64,000 nt of DNA from a virus. Lineage: Duplodnaviria > Caudoviricetes. The stretch is from IMG/VR virus record IMGVR_UViG_3300020050_007300, positions 9,930 to 73,929 of that record. One strand, 5' to 3'. Shown here one piece after another: positions 47,096 through 56,146 of the stretch. The translations under genes and the position numbers were made by a program. Position 1 is the first letter of the stretch, and each line of letters opens with the position of its first letter. The notes beneath the pieces were generated by a model. The model was not told the origin of the DNA. It ran no database searches and was given only the letters and a program-made list of their open reading frames with translations.

Positions 47096-47620
47096 ATGCC
47101 AACAATCCAAGACGAGTTATTGAAGGTGCGCAAAGTTCTGAGCAGCAAACCCCTGCACGAGCAGATTTGGTTGTACCTGCGAGACAATCCAGACAAGACT
47201 GCGGCACAAGTTTTCCCTCTGTACGGGAAATCTACTTATCAAGCCCTGCACCACCTTGAGCTGCGCAAGATGGTCACCTCAAAGCTTGAGGAGCGCTTCA
47301 CCGGTAAGACTGGTCGAAAGCACATAAAAGTCTATCGGGCTATTGGCAAGGTCTACGAGTTGCTGCCGCTGCCTGCCAAGGTTAAGCTAGTGCCGCAACC
47401 GGTCAAGACCCTGCAACCTGCGCCACAACCTGCGGCCAACCCGTACCTAGTCACAAGTCCTCCTCCTCCTGCTCCTCCCCCTCCTCAGAAGAAGGTGGAC
47501 GACCCTGCTACAGCGCCACAGACAGCCCAGCAAGAGATTGATGGCTGGCCCCTGTCCAAAGCCTTTGCTACTTGGCAGTACCTGGACACAAAGTTCAACT
47601 CGAAAGAAAACCATGAATGA
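47096..47620 (+). CDS. Winged-helix-like protein with a Pro-rich linker
   Basis: QIWLYLRDNPDKTAAQV...YQALHHLELRKMV. Confidence 0.6.
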   Translation: MPTIQDELLKVRKVLSSKPLHEQIWLYLRDNPDKTAAQVFPLYGKSTYQALHHLELRKMVTSKLEERFTGKTGRKHIKVYRAIGKVYELLPLPAKVKLVPQPVKTLQPAPQPAANPYLVTSPPPPAPPPPQKKVDDPATAPQTAQQEIDGWPLSKAFATWQYLDTKFNSKENHE

Positions 47621-47813
47621 AGAAGTCAACGCAGCTAAAATGACAGAGGCAGCCGCAAAACTTGCCACTGCAGCAAACCTCATGACTGATACAGACCTCA
47701 AGAAAACTGGCTACTCCCAGGCGTTCCTGATTAATCAGGCATTGAATAACACGGCAAACGCCCAGATTCTTCTGGCACAGGCCCAGGGCATTTTGGAGCG
47801 TTTGCGAACGTAA
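47613..47813 (+). CDS. Small helical protein
   Basis: ATG 47613 overlaps the upstream stop region. Confidence 0.6.
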   Translation: MNEEVNAAKMTEAAAKLATAANLMTDTDLKKTGYSQAFLINQALNNTANAQILLAQAQGILERLRT

Positions 47814-47818
47814 GTTTA

Positions 47819-47893
47819 CTGCCCTTAGTACAGCGGACAGTACACCGGCCTTCTAAGCCGTAAACACAGGTTCGATTCCTGTAGGGCAGACCA
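47819..47893 (+). tRNA. tRNA-Arg(UCU)
   Basis: Acceptor CTGCCCT/AGGGCAG, anticodon loop CTTCTAA, T-arm ACAGG-TTCGATT-CCTGT, encoded CCA. Confidence 0.9.
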
Positions 47894-47898
47894 ATACC

Positions 47899-47973
47899 CT
47901 CAGCATAGTCTAATGGATAAGACAAGCTCCTCCTAAGAGTTAGATACAGGTTCGATTCCTGTTGCTGAGACCA
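47899..47973 (+). tRNA. tRNA-Arg(CCU)
   Basis: Acceptor CTCAGCA/TGCTGAG, anticodon loop CTCCTAA, canonical T-arm, encoded CCA. Confidence 0.9.
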
Positions 47974-47976
47974 AAC

Positions 47977-48074
47977 GTAACTGTCTTTCAAAGGACTAGG
48001 AAAACAGGGCCCGAACGTAATAGTTATAGGGAATCGCCCAGTTAATGCAGGTTCGAGCCCTGCCAGTTACACCA
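47977..48074 (+). tRNA. Atypical tRNA-like gene with a 27-nt anticodon loop
   Basis: Perfect acceptor GTAACTG/CAGTTAC, D stem TTTC/GAAA, T-arm GCAGG-TTCGAGC-CCTGC and CCA, but loop 48010-48036 is 27 nt. Confidence 0.75.
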
Positions 48075-48109
48075 TCGAGCAGCAATGCTTAACTTTAAAG
48101 GATAGAGCC

Positions 48110-50152
48110 ATGTCTCTTAAAGAAGACCTGTCAGAAAAAATTGACACGGAAGAAAAATACAAGACGTTATGTCTCAACCACGGCATATCTTTCCGGCGGA
48201 ACCTGTTCAGTTTTGCGGGGGCGGGCAGTTCTGTGAGTTCTCATTGGTGGGCGGCCCGGGAGAAGGCCAGAACTACTTACGGGGTTTACGAGACAAGCTC
48301 GGTGATTGACCGGCTGAACGATAACGTGTTTATGTTCCTGCACGTATCGCTGCAGGACCGCACTATGGTGGCTTACACCCCAGACGCTCGGGCAGGCGAG
48401 TCCGACCGGCAACTGCAGACCTCTCTGGGCCGATTCTTGGTCAAGTTCTTCCCTGTGCTGTCGGATGAGTACATCCAGGAACTGGTCGCTACGCACCTAG
48501 CAGAAATCTCTACTGAGGTAGAGTACGTCACAGGGGCAGAGAATCTCAAAGCGGCTTACCTCAATGGTGTGCATTCCTGCATGGCCAAAGAGTTCCCTGG
48601 CCTTCCGTGCCACCCAGTAGAGGCCTATGACGTACCGCAACTGTCTCTGGCTGTGCTGCGGGACAAAGCAGGAAAGATAAACGCCCGTGCACTTGTGTTT
48701 GATGGCCCAAAAGGCAAAGTTTACATCCGTGCCTACGGGGACACAAAGCTGGTCAAAAGACTTGAGCGCCAAGGTGTGCAGCAGGGAACTTTGGAAGGCG
48801 TCAAGCTCAAAGTTCTGCCTACAAGCAACGAGAACCAGTTTGTTACCCCCTACTTAGACGGAGGTGCCACAGCACTTGCACGGATTGACAATGAGTTAGT
48901 GGTAGTCTCCTCGACCACAAGGGCTGGGATTTACAGCCTTAACCCTCGCGCCGTTACAACCAGCACTGGGGCGTCGGGCGTTACTACGCTGGAAAATATG
49001 GACTCAACAGGCTTTACCTGCTATGACTACCTGACTGGCGAAGTTATCAACAGGTTGGTAGACTCTACTGTAGTCGTGTTGCACGGAGGGGTGCTCAGGC
49101 GGATAAAGACCTGCAACAGTCCACAGATGAAACTAGCGAAGAGTAACAACGGCGGCTCTTGGGAAGAGGTACTTTGCTTCGATGAGACCTTCTTTGTACC
49201 GGAGTATCCGTACAGCTACAGTTCTCGTTTGTGGGTGGAGAACGAACAGACACGGCAAGCCCTGGGGTTCGTTCGACTGAGTGCATTTCACTACCCTGAG
49301 AGCCAGGAATGGGTACGAAACGGTTACAGGACGTCTGAGTATGTAGCTACTCCAGAAGGTTTTGTGAAATTGGCGGACGCTGTTGAGGTAGTGAGTGCTA
49401 ATGGTTCAGCTGCTTACGCTCACAAAAGTGCCAAGCAAAAAGCCTGGGTACAGCTTCACGCAAACACTCGGGGTGTTAAGGCTTTTGCCTCTGACCCTTC
49501 AAGTGTCGTTCGTACTCGCTCAGGCCGGAAAGTTGTGGTCGCTTACAACGAAGTCTACGAGATGTGGGACAGCACCTACGACTTCCAAAGGAACGCTGTC
49601 TACCTAAACGTGCTGGGGATGACCTTTTACAAGGGTAGAAACGAGCGCGTAGACATGTCCCCAGGTTCGGAGCTGTTCAACCGGGCCATGGACGCGGTAC
49701 TGTCTGGCTACAAGCAACTGGAGAAGGGGGTTGCTAACCTAATAGATGCTTTGGGGGCTGAGGTAGCAATCCCTGTAGACGGTTACCGACGCTACCTGTC
49801 TCACCAAGATCCTGCAATGGTGGTAAAGCATTTTCCTGTTTTTATTACAGCGGTGCTGGATAGGGGGGCTCACGACCCTCGGGTAGCAGCGGTGTTTGAT
49901 TACTACTACAAGAAGAAAGCAGAGATGCAGGCAGAGTCTTACGACAATGCAGGCAATCTGACCACCACCAAAGTGCCTACACCAGAGCAGACTCTGGTAG
50001 AGCTTACCGCAACCATTTCTCAAGATCATGACCAAACAACGGAAACCCCCCATGTCGAAATCTACCGCACCCTCCCAACCCTCACAGTCCTCCCTACAAC
50101 AGCCGCCCCCTCAGTCCCCACCCTCGAAGGAAGCACAACCTATGACTTCTGA
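48110..50152 (+). CDS. Large conserved phage protein of the HSCM-motif family, usually paired with an M28 peptidase
   Basis: HSCMAKE...HPVEAY...INARALVF...YIRAYG...PYLDGG. Confidence 0.7.
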   Translation: MSLKEDLSEKIDTEEKYKTLCLNHGISFRRNLFSFAGAGSSVSSHWWAAREKARTTYGVYETSSVIDRLNDNVFMFLHVSLQDRTMVAYTPDARAGESDRQLQTSLGRFLVKFFPVLSDEYIQELVATHLAEISTEVEYVTGAENLKAAYLNGVHSCMAKEFPGLPCHPVEAYDVPQLSLAVLRDKAGKINARALVFDGPKGKVYIRAYGDTKLVKRLERQGVQQGTLEGVKLKVLPTSNENQFVTPYLDGGATALARIDNELVVVSSTTRAGIYSLNPRAVTTSTGASGVTTLENMDSTGFTCYDYLTGEVINRLVDSTVVVLHGGVLRRIKTCNSPQMKLAKSNNGGSWEEVLCFDETFFVPEYPYSYSSRLWVENEQTRQALGFVRLSAFHYPESQEWVRNGYRTSEYVATPEGFVKLADAVEVVSANGSAAYAHKSAKQKAWVQLHANTRGVKAFASDPSSVVRTRSGRKVVVAYNEVYEMWDSTYDFQRNAVYLNVLGMTFYKGRNERVDMSPGSELFNRAMDAVLSGYKQLEKGVANLIDALGAEVAIPVDGYRRYLSHQDPAMVVKHFPVFITAVLDRGAHDPRVAAVFDYYYKKKAEMQAESYDNAGNLTTTKVPTPEQTLVELTATISQDHDQTTETPHVEIYRTLPTLTVLPTTAAPSVPTLEGSTTYDF

Positions 50153-51227
50153 GACCCTGGAGAAACCTCTGATCGACCCACTGCTGCATCGCATCCTGAG
50201 CACACGACGCTGCCATAAGAGCAAGGGTGACACAGACTTCCGCTTGTGGTTGAACGCCTACATCAAGAGCCTTGGCTACAGCCCGGTGATTGGAGTTGAA
50301 GGTGTTATCACTGTGGTGACTGACGAGACTAGTCGAACACTGTTCAGCTGCCACGTAGACACCTGCCATTCGATGGCAGAAAGTGATGGCACTCCGCAAC
50401 CACTGTCTTTTGACCCTACTATGGGCCATTTGATGCTGCTGAATAAGCAGACTTCAGGTTGCTTAGGTGCGGACGACGGTGCAGGTATCTACATCATGCT
50501 GAAGATGCTGGAGGCTAAGGTTCCCGGTGGCTACATCTTCAACACTGGGGAGGAAAAAGGGGGTATTGGCTCTCGGGCGTTCTTGGCCAAGTCCAAAGAG
50601 TGGCTTGAAAAGTACCACCGTGCTGTGGCTTTTGACCGTGCAGACACCTACGAAGTTATCTGCACTCAAGGGGGCTCACCCTGCGCTTCGGTACCTGCAG
50701 GGGAAGCCCTGTCTGCAGACCTGACGCAGTACATGGAAACTGAGTACACAGTTTCCCATCGGGGTTCGTTTACTGACACTAAGGTTTTCGCCCAGGTTAT
50801 CCCTGAGTGCTTCAACATTGGTGTTGGCTACATGTACCAGCACTCACCACAAGAGTACCAAGATGTTGACCACCTGGAAGCACTTGTTGCTGCGGCTATT
50901 AAGGTCAAGTGGGAGAGCATTCCGACTGTGCGTAAGTGCCCTGTGATGCCACCACAGACAGAACCGAAGTACCCAACGAGCAAGAGCTTCTTCAAGGGCC
51001 AGGACTCTTTGTGGGAGGCTGGGCCGGTCAAGGTTCCTAAAGCCTCACAAAAGGCTCAAACTCCCTCTCTTTCTCTCATGGAAGAGATTGAGGGCTACTC
51101 TTACGACGACTTCCTGGCCCTGGCGGAAGAAGAACCTACGATTACAGCGGACCTGCTGTGCTTGCTTTTTGCGAAAAAGAAAGCCCTGCAGGCGGAAGTT
51201 GACGTACTCACACGGTTCCTGAGCTGA
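50142..51227 (+). CDS. M28-family Zn-dependent peptidase
   Basis: SCHVDT, LGADDGAG, GEEKGGIGS, AVAFDR and HSPQE motifs; AAGGA Shine-Dalgarno before ATG 50142. Confidence 0.85.
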   Translation: MTSETLEKPLIDPLLHRILSTRRCHKSKGDTDFRLWLNAYIKSLGYSPVIGVEGVITVVTDETSRTLFSCHVDTCHSMAESDGTPQPLSFDPTMGHLMLLNKQTSGCLGADDGAGIYIMLKMLEAKVPGGYIFNTGEEKGGIGSRAFLAKSKEWLEKYHRAVAFDRADTYEVICTQGGSPCASVPAGEALSADLTQYMETEYTVSHRGSFTDTKVFAQVIPECFNIGVGYMYQHSPQEYQDVDHLEALVAAAIKVKWESIPTVRKCPVMPPQTEPKYPTSKSFFKGQDSLWEAGPVKVPKASQKAQTPSLSLMEEIEGYSYDDFLALAEEEPTITADLLCLLFAKKKALQAEVDVLTRFLS

Positions 51228-51601
51228 TGGCTACGACCCTCCACCAAGAGGGTTACATAGAGGTCACAGACCTTGGCGTAACCCTCCGCACACTACTTGC
51301 GGTTGCTGCTGACGGATACAAAGTTAGGCAGCGTCGCAAGTGGAGTGTGCGTTACAAGGGCGCTGTGATCGGTTGGCTGCAGATTAAAGACGACCACCTT
51401 AAACTGGTTAAAGGAAAACGCAATGACGTTAATCGAAGTAATCCCACATCTACAAGCAGGCAAGCAGGCGCACTGCCTGGACTGGGGTTGGAGGAAAGAG
51501 GCACGAGTGTACGCACTCAAGGGTTTCCCTGTCCTGCAGATTCGGAACGGAGGCTGGACACACCCGGATGTGTACGAGATGTACACACCGACGATTCCTG
51601 A
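51227..51601 (+). CDS. Hypothetical protein whose C-terminal part overlaps the next gene
   Basis: Coupled to the peptidase stop; 179-nt overlap with the downstream ORF. Confidence 0.45.
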   Translation: MATTLHQEGYIEVTDLGVTLRTLLAVAADGYKVRQRRKWSVRYKGAVIGWLQIKDDHLKLVKGKRNDVNRSNPTSTSRQAGALPGLGLEERGTSVRTQGFPCPADSERRLDTPGCVRDVHTDDS

Positions 51602-51638
51602 ACTTTTGTCTGACAGATGGGAAGTCTGTGCAGTTTAG
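51423..51638 (+). CDS. DUF2829 / Tad2-like protein (candidate anti-Thoeris nucleotide sponge)
   Basis: MTLIEVIPHLQAGKQA..LDW and YTPTIPELLSDRWEV match the recalled family pattern; AAAGGA Shine-Dalgarno. Confidence 0.6.
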   Translation: MTLIEVIPHLQAGKQAHCLDWGWRKEARVYALKGFPVLQIRNGGWTHPDVYEMYTPTIPELLSDRWEVCAV

Positions 51639-51823
51639 AGACTACAAAGGTGAAAGGCCTGTAGTCGTTGTTACCGATTCAGGTGCAAAAGTTGCAGGTT
51701 TTTTCTCCATTAAGGCAGCAATTCCAACAGCGATGGAAGGCAGGTCGCGGCACATACTGGTTATGAAGCACTCCCTGTGGACCATCTATTCCTCATACTA
51801 CAAGGGTAGGAAAGTAAAAACTT

Positions 51824-52159
51824 ATGAAGTTCATCACAAACATGTTCAACCCCAGCATCGAAACACTTGTTCAGCGGGAGCTGGAGCGGAATCAGGTAGC
51901 CCTGCTGCAGGCCTACGGAACCCTTGAGTCCTGGCAAGCCCAGGTGACAATGCTGGAGGCCAAGGTCAAACGACTCGACGCGCAGAAACAAGCTTTTGCG
52001 GCAGCTTCGGGCCTTGTAGGTGAGTTCGATCTGAAGGTCACGATGGAAGAACCTGCAGCACCCAAAGAGGCAAGGCAAGGCTTTCAGCGGGGAGAGAAAG
52101 TAACCCCTGCAAAGGCCTCAACAAAGAAGCCTGTAAAGGCTAACGAGCAACCCACCTGA
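51824..52159 (+). CDS. Coiled-coil hypothetical protein
   Basis: Heptad pattern; 111 aa. Confidence 0.7.
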   Translation: MKFITNMFNPSIETLVQRELERNQVALLQAYGTLESWQAQVTMLEAKVKRLDAQKQAFAAASGLVGEFDLKVTMEEPAAPKEARQGFQRGEKVTPAKASTKKPVKANEQPT

Positions 52160-52272
52160 CTTATGTGGAAAATACGCAACAGATCACCTCCTGAAAAATA
52201 GTTAAAACTTTTCACCATTCTCAGATTTTCTCGTTATACTAACGACTTCAACCAACCAAAAGGAATTTTCAA

Positions 52273-52584
52273 ATGTCTATCGTCATCCAAGCCGCCAAAA
52301 TGCCCGCCCTGGTCCGCATGTCCACCAAGGGTTCCAAGTACGACTTCTCGACCCTGGTTGCAGGTTCCGGTGAAGCTGTCCTGGAAACGGAAGTTGGTGA
52401 TGTGTCGAAGGTGCAAGCCCGTTTGACCAGCGCCCTGTCGGCCTACAAGAAGCGCACCGGTGACAAGGGCCGCTTCACCGTTCGCCCCATCGTCGAAGCT
52501 GGTGTTGTGGTCGCTGTTGGTGTGTGGAAGCTGGCTGACGCCGCTGCTGTCGCCACTGCTGTCGCCACTGCCTCGGCAGAGTGA
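52273..52584 (+). CDS. Small, probably highly expressed nucleic-acid-binding protein
   Basis: AAGGA Shine-Dalgarno, upstream TATACT, biased codons, SKYDF...YKKRTG..FTVR motif. Confidence 0.7.
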   Translation: MSIVIQAAKMPALVRMSTKGSKYDFSTLVAGSGEAVLETEVGDVSKVQARLTSALSAYKKRTGDKGRFTVRPIVEAGVVVAVGVWKLADAAAVATAVATASAE

Positions 52585-52784
52585 AGAACCCAGAGCGGTG
52601 TAATGGCACCGCAGTCCTAAGCAGGTCTTAGGTGCGCCAATCAGCGATAACGTCAATGTGTCAGCGTAGACAGTCCCTTAAGCAAGGGCTGTCACTTTAG
52701 CAATCAGACTCCTTGCCAGGGCATCACCCTCTAGTGTGCAGGTTTAGTTAGATTGCTAAAGTGACAGAATGCAATATTTTGTTT

Positions 52785-52864
52785 CCCGACTTAGCTCAGA
52801 GGGAGAGCGGCACTAGTTGCGCAGCTAGTGTGCGTCGTAGGTTCGATTCCTACAGGAGGGGCCA
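52785..52864 (+). tRNA. Atypical tRNA-like gene with a 12-nt anticodon loop and two acceptor-stem mismatches
   Basis: D stem GCTC/GAGC, anticodon stem GCACT/AGTGT, loop AGTTGCGCAGCT, T-arm GTAGG-TTCGATT-CCTAC, acceptor CCCGACT/AGGAGGG, CCA. Confidence 0.7.
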
Positions 52865-52871
52865 ACCATTT

Positions 52872-52947
52872 GGCAGGGTAGCTCAGCAGGTAGAGCGCCG
52901 GGTTCATAACCCAGAGGTCGGAGGTTCAAAACCTTCCCCTGCAACCA
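52872..52947 (+). tRNA. tRNA-Met(CAU), probably initiator
   Basis: Loop TTCATAA, three consecutive G-C pairs in the anticodon stem, unpaired 1:72, encoded CCA. Confidence 0.85.
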
Positions 52948-53079
52948 CTTTCAACATCCCCGGCCTGCGGTTTAGCTCCGCAGGCACAAACGTCTGTGCT
53001 TACCACTCAGACTACCCAAACGCTAAAGCAAGCTGCTTCATGCTAACGGGGTTAGTTGAAACTTTTCAGAAAGAGTCTT

Positions 53080-54387
53080 ATGAATTGCAAACGATGCAAC
53101 ACCCCAGTTATTCTCGTCCCTTCTGCGGAAGAACGAGCTAAAAAATATGGAGGCCGTGCTGAGGATTACACACGGCTATTCCAATACCACAATGAGTGCC
53201 AACTTGCTTTGCGCAGGGAGCAGACACGAATTTTGATGCAGAAAGGCAGGGTCACAGCATGATCGTAGTACGTGAAAAAGTTGTCAATGCAGCCTACGCT
53301 GCAGCAGGTTTAGCTCTTGCAGGCCAGACAGTGTGCAACCCTTACCCGTGCTGGTCAGGTGCTGCGGTGCTGTGGGACCAAGCCTTCCAGCAGGCTATCT
53401 CCGAGCGAGACATGGTGGCCTAGTATGGGCAGCAAATACTCTAAAAAGCTAGCCAAACCCGTACTGAAGCAAGGCGGGTTCGTCGCTAGGCCTGTCACAC
53501 CTGTGTGCACTAACTGCGCCTACTCTCCAGGGTTTGCCGGTCCCTACAGCAAGTGTCGCTGTGGTGGGACGTTGCAGACTTTCGGAGTGAAGTCTTCTAA
53601 AGCAGGGAAGAAACCATGAGAGGCAATAAACTACTAGTCTTTTGTGTTATTGTGCAGATGTGTACTTTAGTGTACACTTATGTGCAGTTTAAGCAAGACC
53701 TGTCTGACGCCTTCAACAAGGGCTACCAAAAAGGCATCTACAGCGTAGACGCTAAAGAGTTACTTAAGCGTGACGGAGTGAACTCTGTTTGTTATTCCTG
53801 GTGGTTTAAGATGGACCACAAAGACCGAAAATTGGAGAAGCTGTGAGCAAACCTAACGAACTTGTGTATGACCCAACTAAGTCTATGGAGGAAAATATTA
53901 CTGCCTTAAAGGCAGTCGCCAAAGAACTTGGCGACCGATTAATCTCTTTGAACCAAGAGGTTCCTGCCACAGGTGATGAGACTTACTGGTTTCCTGGTAC
54001 AGTTTCTCCGGTGCGTGTAGGTCTTTATCAAAAATTGTGGGAAATAAACGGTGAAAAAGCTCTTTTCTGGGCTTGGTGGGACAACGGTTGGCGTGTCTCT
54101 GACACTTCAAAAGACAGGGCCGTAAGCCGTAGAAATGGTTTTAAGTCCGTAGGCGGAAGCAAATTTGCTTGGCGAGGTTGCAGAACCCCCGGAGGTCCAA
54201 AATGAGCAAAGAGGAACAAGAAGCTCTACAGGCAGTGGTAGAGACTGCAGAGCAGTACCGTAAAAGATTCCAGGAGTACATGATGCTGGTGGAGATGAAT
54301 CTTACAGAGATTACAGCACTCTGGAAAGAATGCCCTACACCCGTAGATGTGCGGCTGAGACTGGAAGAGCTATGCACTTCGCGCTAA
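53080..54387 (+). CDS. Run of six small hypothetical ORFs (starts 53080, 53259, 53425, 53616, 53843, 54202), two with CxxC
   Basis: Coupled starts and stops. Confidence 0.6.
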
Positions 54388-54830
54388 AAAAGACTGCCAG
54401 ACCTACCCTAGCAGGACCAATCACACACGCCGTAGGCAAGAGACTTGACATGTCTCAGCACTCCCACGGCGAAATCATTTTCAGTGATGGCATGAGCGCA
54501 AGTTCTGTTATCGGTGAAGGTGTGAGATTCAAACGTATCATCTACGACCCCACGGCCTGGGACTTCTTTACTTTGCCAGATGAGCTAGAGAAGCCCGTGT
54601 TAAGCTGGTATGTAGACCATTGGGGGGAGCCCTACGACTACCTCTATATGCTACGGTTTGGTTTGCCTCTGCTCAAGGAAATAGCAGGCAAGTGGGGTTG
54701 CATAGAGTCTATGGGCGCTGCCAAGGGTTGGACACAGCCCTACCGTTACGGCCCAGGAGGATACCTTGCAAGGTGTAAGGACCAGTATGGCAGTAGGCAG
54801 GTCTGTTACGACCACGTTTTTAAGGTCTAA
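54372..54830 (+). CDS. Permuted papain-like (YiiX/NlpC-type) protein
   Basis: His motif (HSHGEI) precedes Cys motif (KWGCIE); GEPYDY. Confidence 0.6.
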   Translation: MHFALKKTARPTLAGPITHAVGKRLDMSQHSHGEIIFSDGMSASSVIGEGVRFKRIIYDPTAWDFFTLPDELEKPVLSWYVDHWGEPYDYLYMLRFGLPLLKEIAGKWGCIESMGAAKGWTQPYRYGPGGYLARCKDQYGSRQVCYDHVFKV

Positions 54831-54832
54831 AC

Positions 54833-56146
54833 ATGCCACACTTCTATGCTATTCAGCATGTGGCTTCAGGAGAGCTGATGCCAGCATTAAAGAATGGTAG
54901 AGGTTACACTCACTGGAACCCTGGGTCAGACTTGTGGTACCCTGAATGCAGCACAGGAACCCCTAGGCTGTTTCACACCCTGAAACATGCTAAAGGTTCT
55001 GTAGCTCGATGGGCTGGTTACAGACTAAAAGTGCTGACGTCAGTTGGGATTCTCGGCCCAGGCATCTGGGTAGATTCACCTACTGCCGTCATACGGCACT
55101 CAAGCGAGTTGCGGATAGTCTCCGTACATGTTTCAATTTCAGGAGAGCTGCACCATGCCTAAAAGAACCTCAAAAATTCTGCGGGAAGAACTGCAGACCC
55201 TTAAGAAAGACTTAAAACTTCTAAAGGCTAGGAAGCAGGCGCAAAGCTTCTTGCATGTGGCGGTGTCTGTGAATGACTCCACCCTGTTCAGCTCTGACAT
55301 TGAGTTGTCAGTTACTCGCGAAGCCTTAGGAGAGACCCTCGCCAGCAGGTACCAAGTCGGAGGCAGACCTTGGGAACACAGAGAATTTGTAACCGCCAGC
55401 AAGAGAAGAGCAATACTCGACGACCGGCGGCTAACATCCTTCATTGCAGAAGAGATGGCGGCTATTTTCTTAGGCAAACTATTGGAGCTAGACAGTGAGT
55501 GACCCAAAACACCCTACAAACCCACAGTGGGTTATGTTTGACCCCTTACAGAAAACACCCCCGAAGGGGGAAAACCTTCTAGTACTTACATGCGGAGGGG
55601 TCCTTGTCCCAGGCCCCTGGCACGAAGGAGCCCTTGCATGGTGCTACAAACCCGTAATCCCTAACTCAGTGAAAGAGAGAATGAATGCCAGTCAGCAAAA
55701 GCCGGAAAAAGAAGTTCAGCCCTACGCGGATTTTGCAAAAGCGAGCTATCGCTAAAAGTCGTAAGGCCTCAGTGAACGCACAAGACATTGTGCAATTGAA
55801 GTTAACAAGTAACTCAGCGCTGAAGCTGGTTATTGACGACGAAGCTACTGCGGTGGACTACACCATGTTGCAGGGAGCGTTCACAGTTGCTGTTATGGCT
55901 GACAAGCTTTTTTACCAGAGTCACCAAAGCTTGCTTAACCTCGCGCTAAGTCTAGCCACTGAGGCAGTGGTCTTCCTGGAAGCTAACTTTGGTGGCAGGG
56001 TGACTATGGAAGCCCACGAAAAGGCGACGCTGGCAGAAGCGGTACACATCCACGACTGTCAGCTTGACAACATGACAAACGAGGACCTTAGCAAGGTCTT
56101 AAAGAAGCTTGACTCTGAACTGAAATACAAGGCAAAACATGCTTAA
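54833..56146 (+). CDS. Four hypothetical ORFs (54833..55162, 55155..55502, 55495..55755, 55685..56146)
   Basis: Overlapping, coupled ORFs leading into the ligase. Confidence 0.6.

Noticed and set aside
47731-47991. 86-aa minus-strand ORF
   Set aside because: Antisense to the tRNA-Arg pair.
51227-51927. Long gene overlaps (51227..51601 over 51423; about 51628..51927 over 51824) as evidence of stop-codon recoding or programmed frameshifting
   Set aside because: No in-frame stops interrupt conserved genes anywhere and all three stop codons are used; simple C-terminal run-on or a single indel is sufficient.
52590-52650. GCGGTG-taatgg-CACCGC hairpin resembling a tRNA D-arm
   Set aside because: No T-arm, acceptor stem or CCA could be built around it.
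52761-53141. 126-aa ORF on the plus strand
   Set aside because: It runs across two tRNA genes; the tRNA structure explains the sequence.
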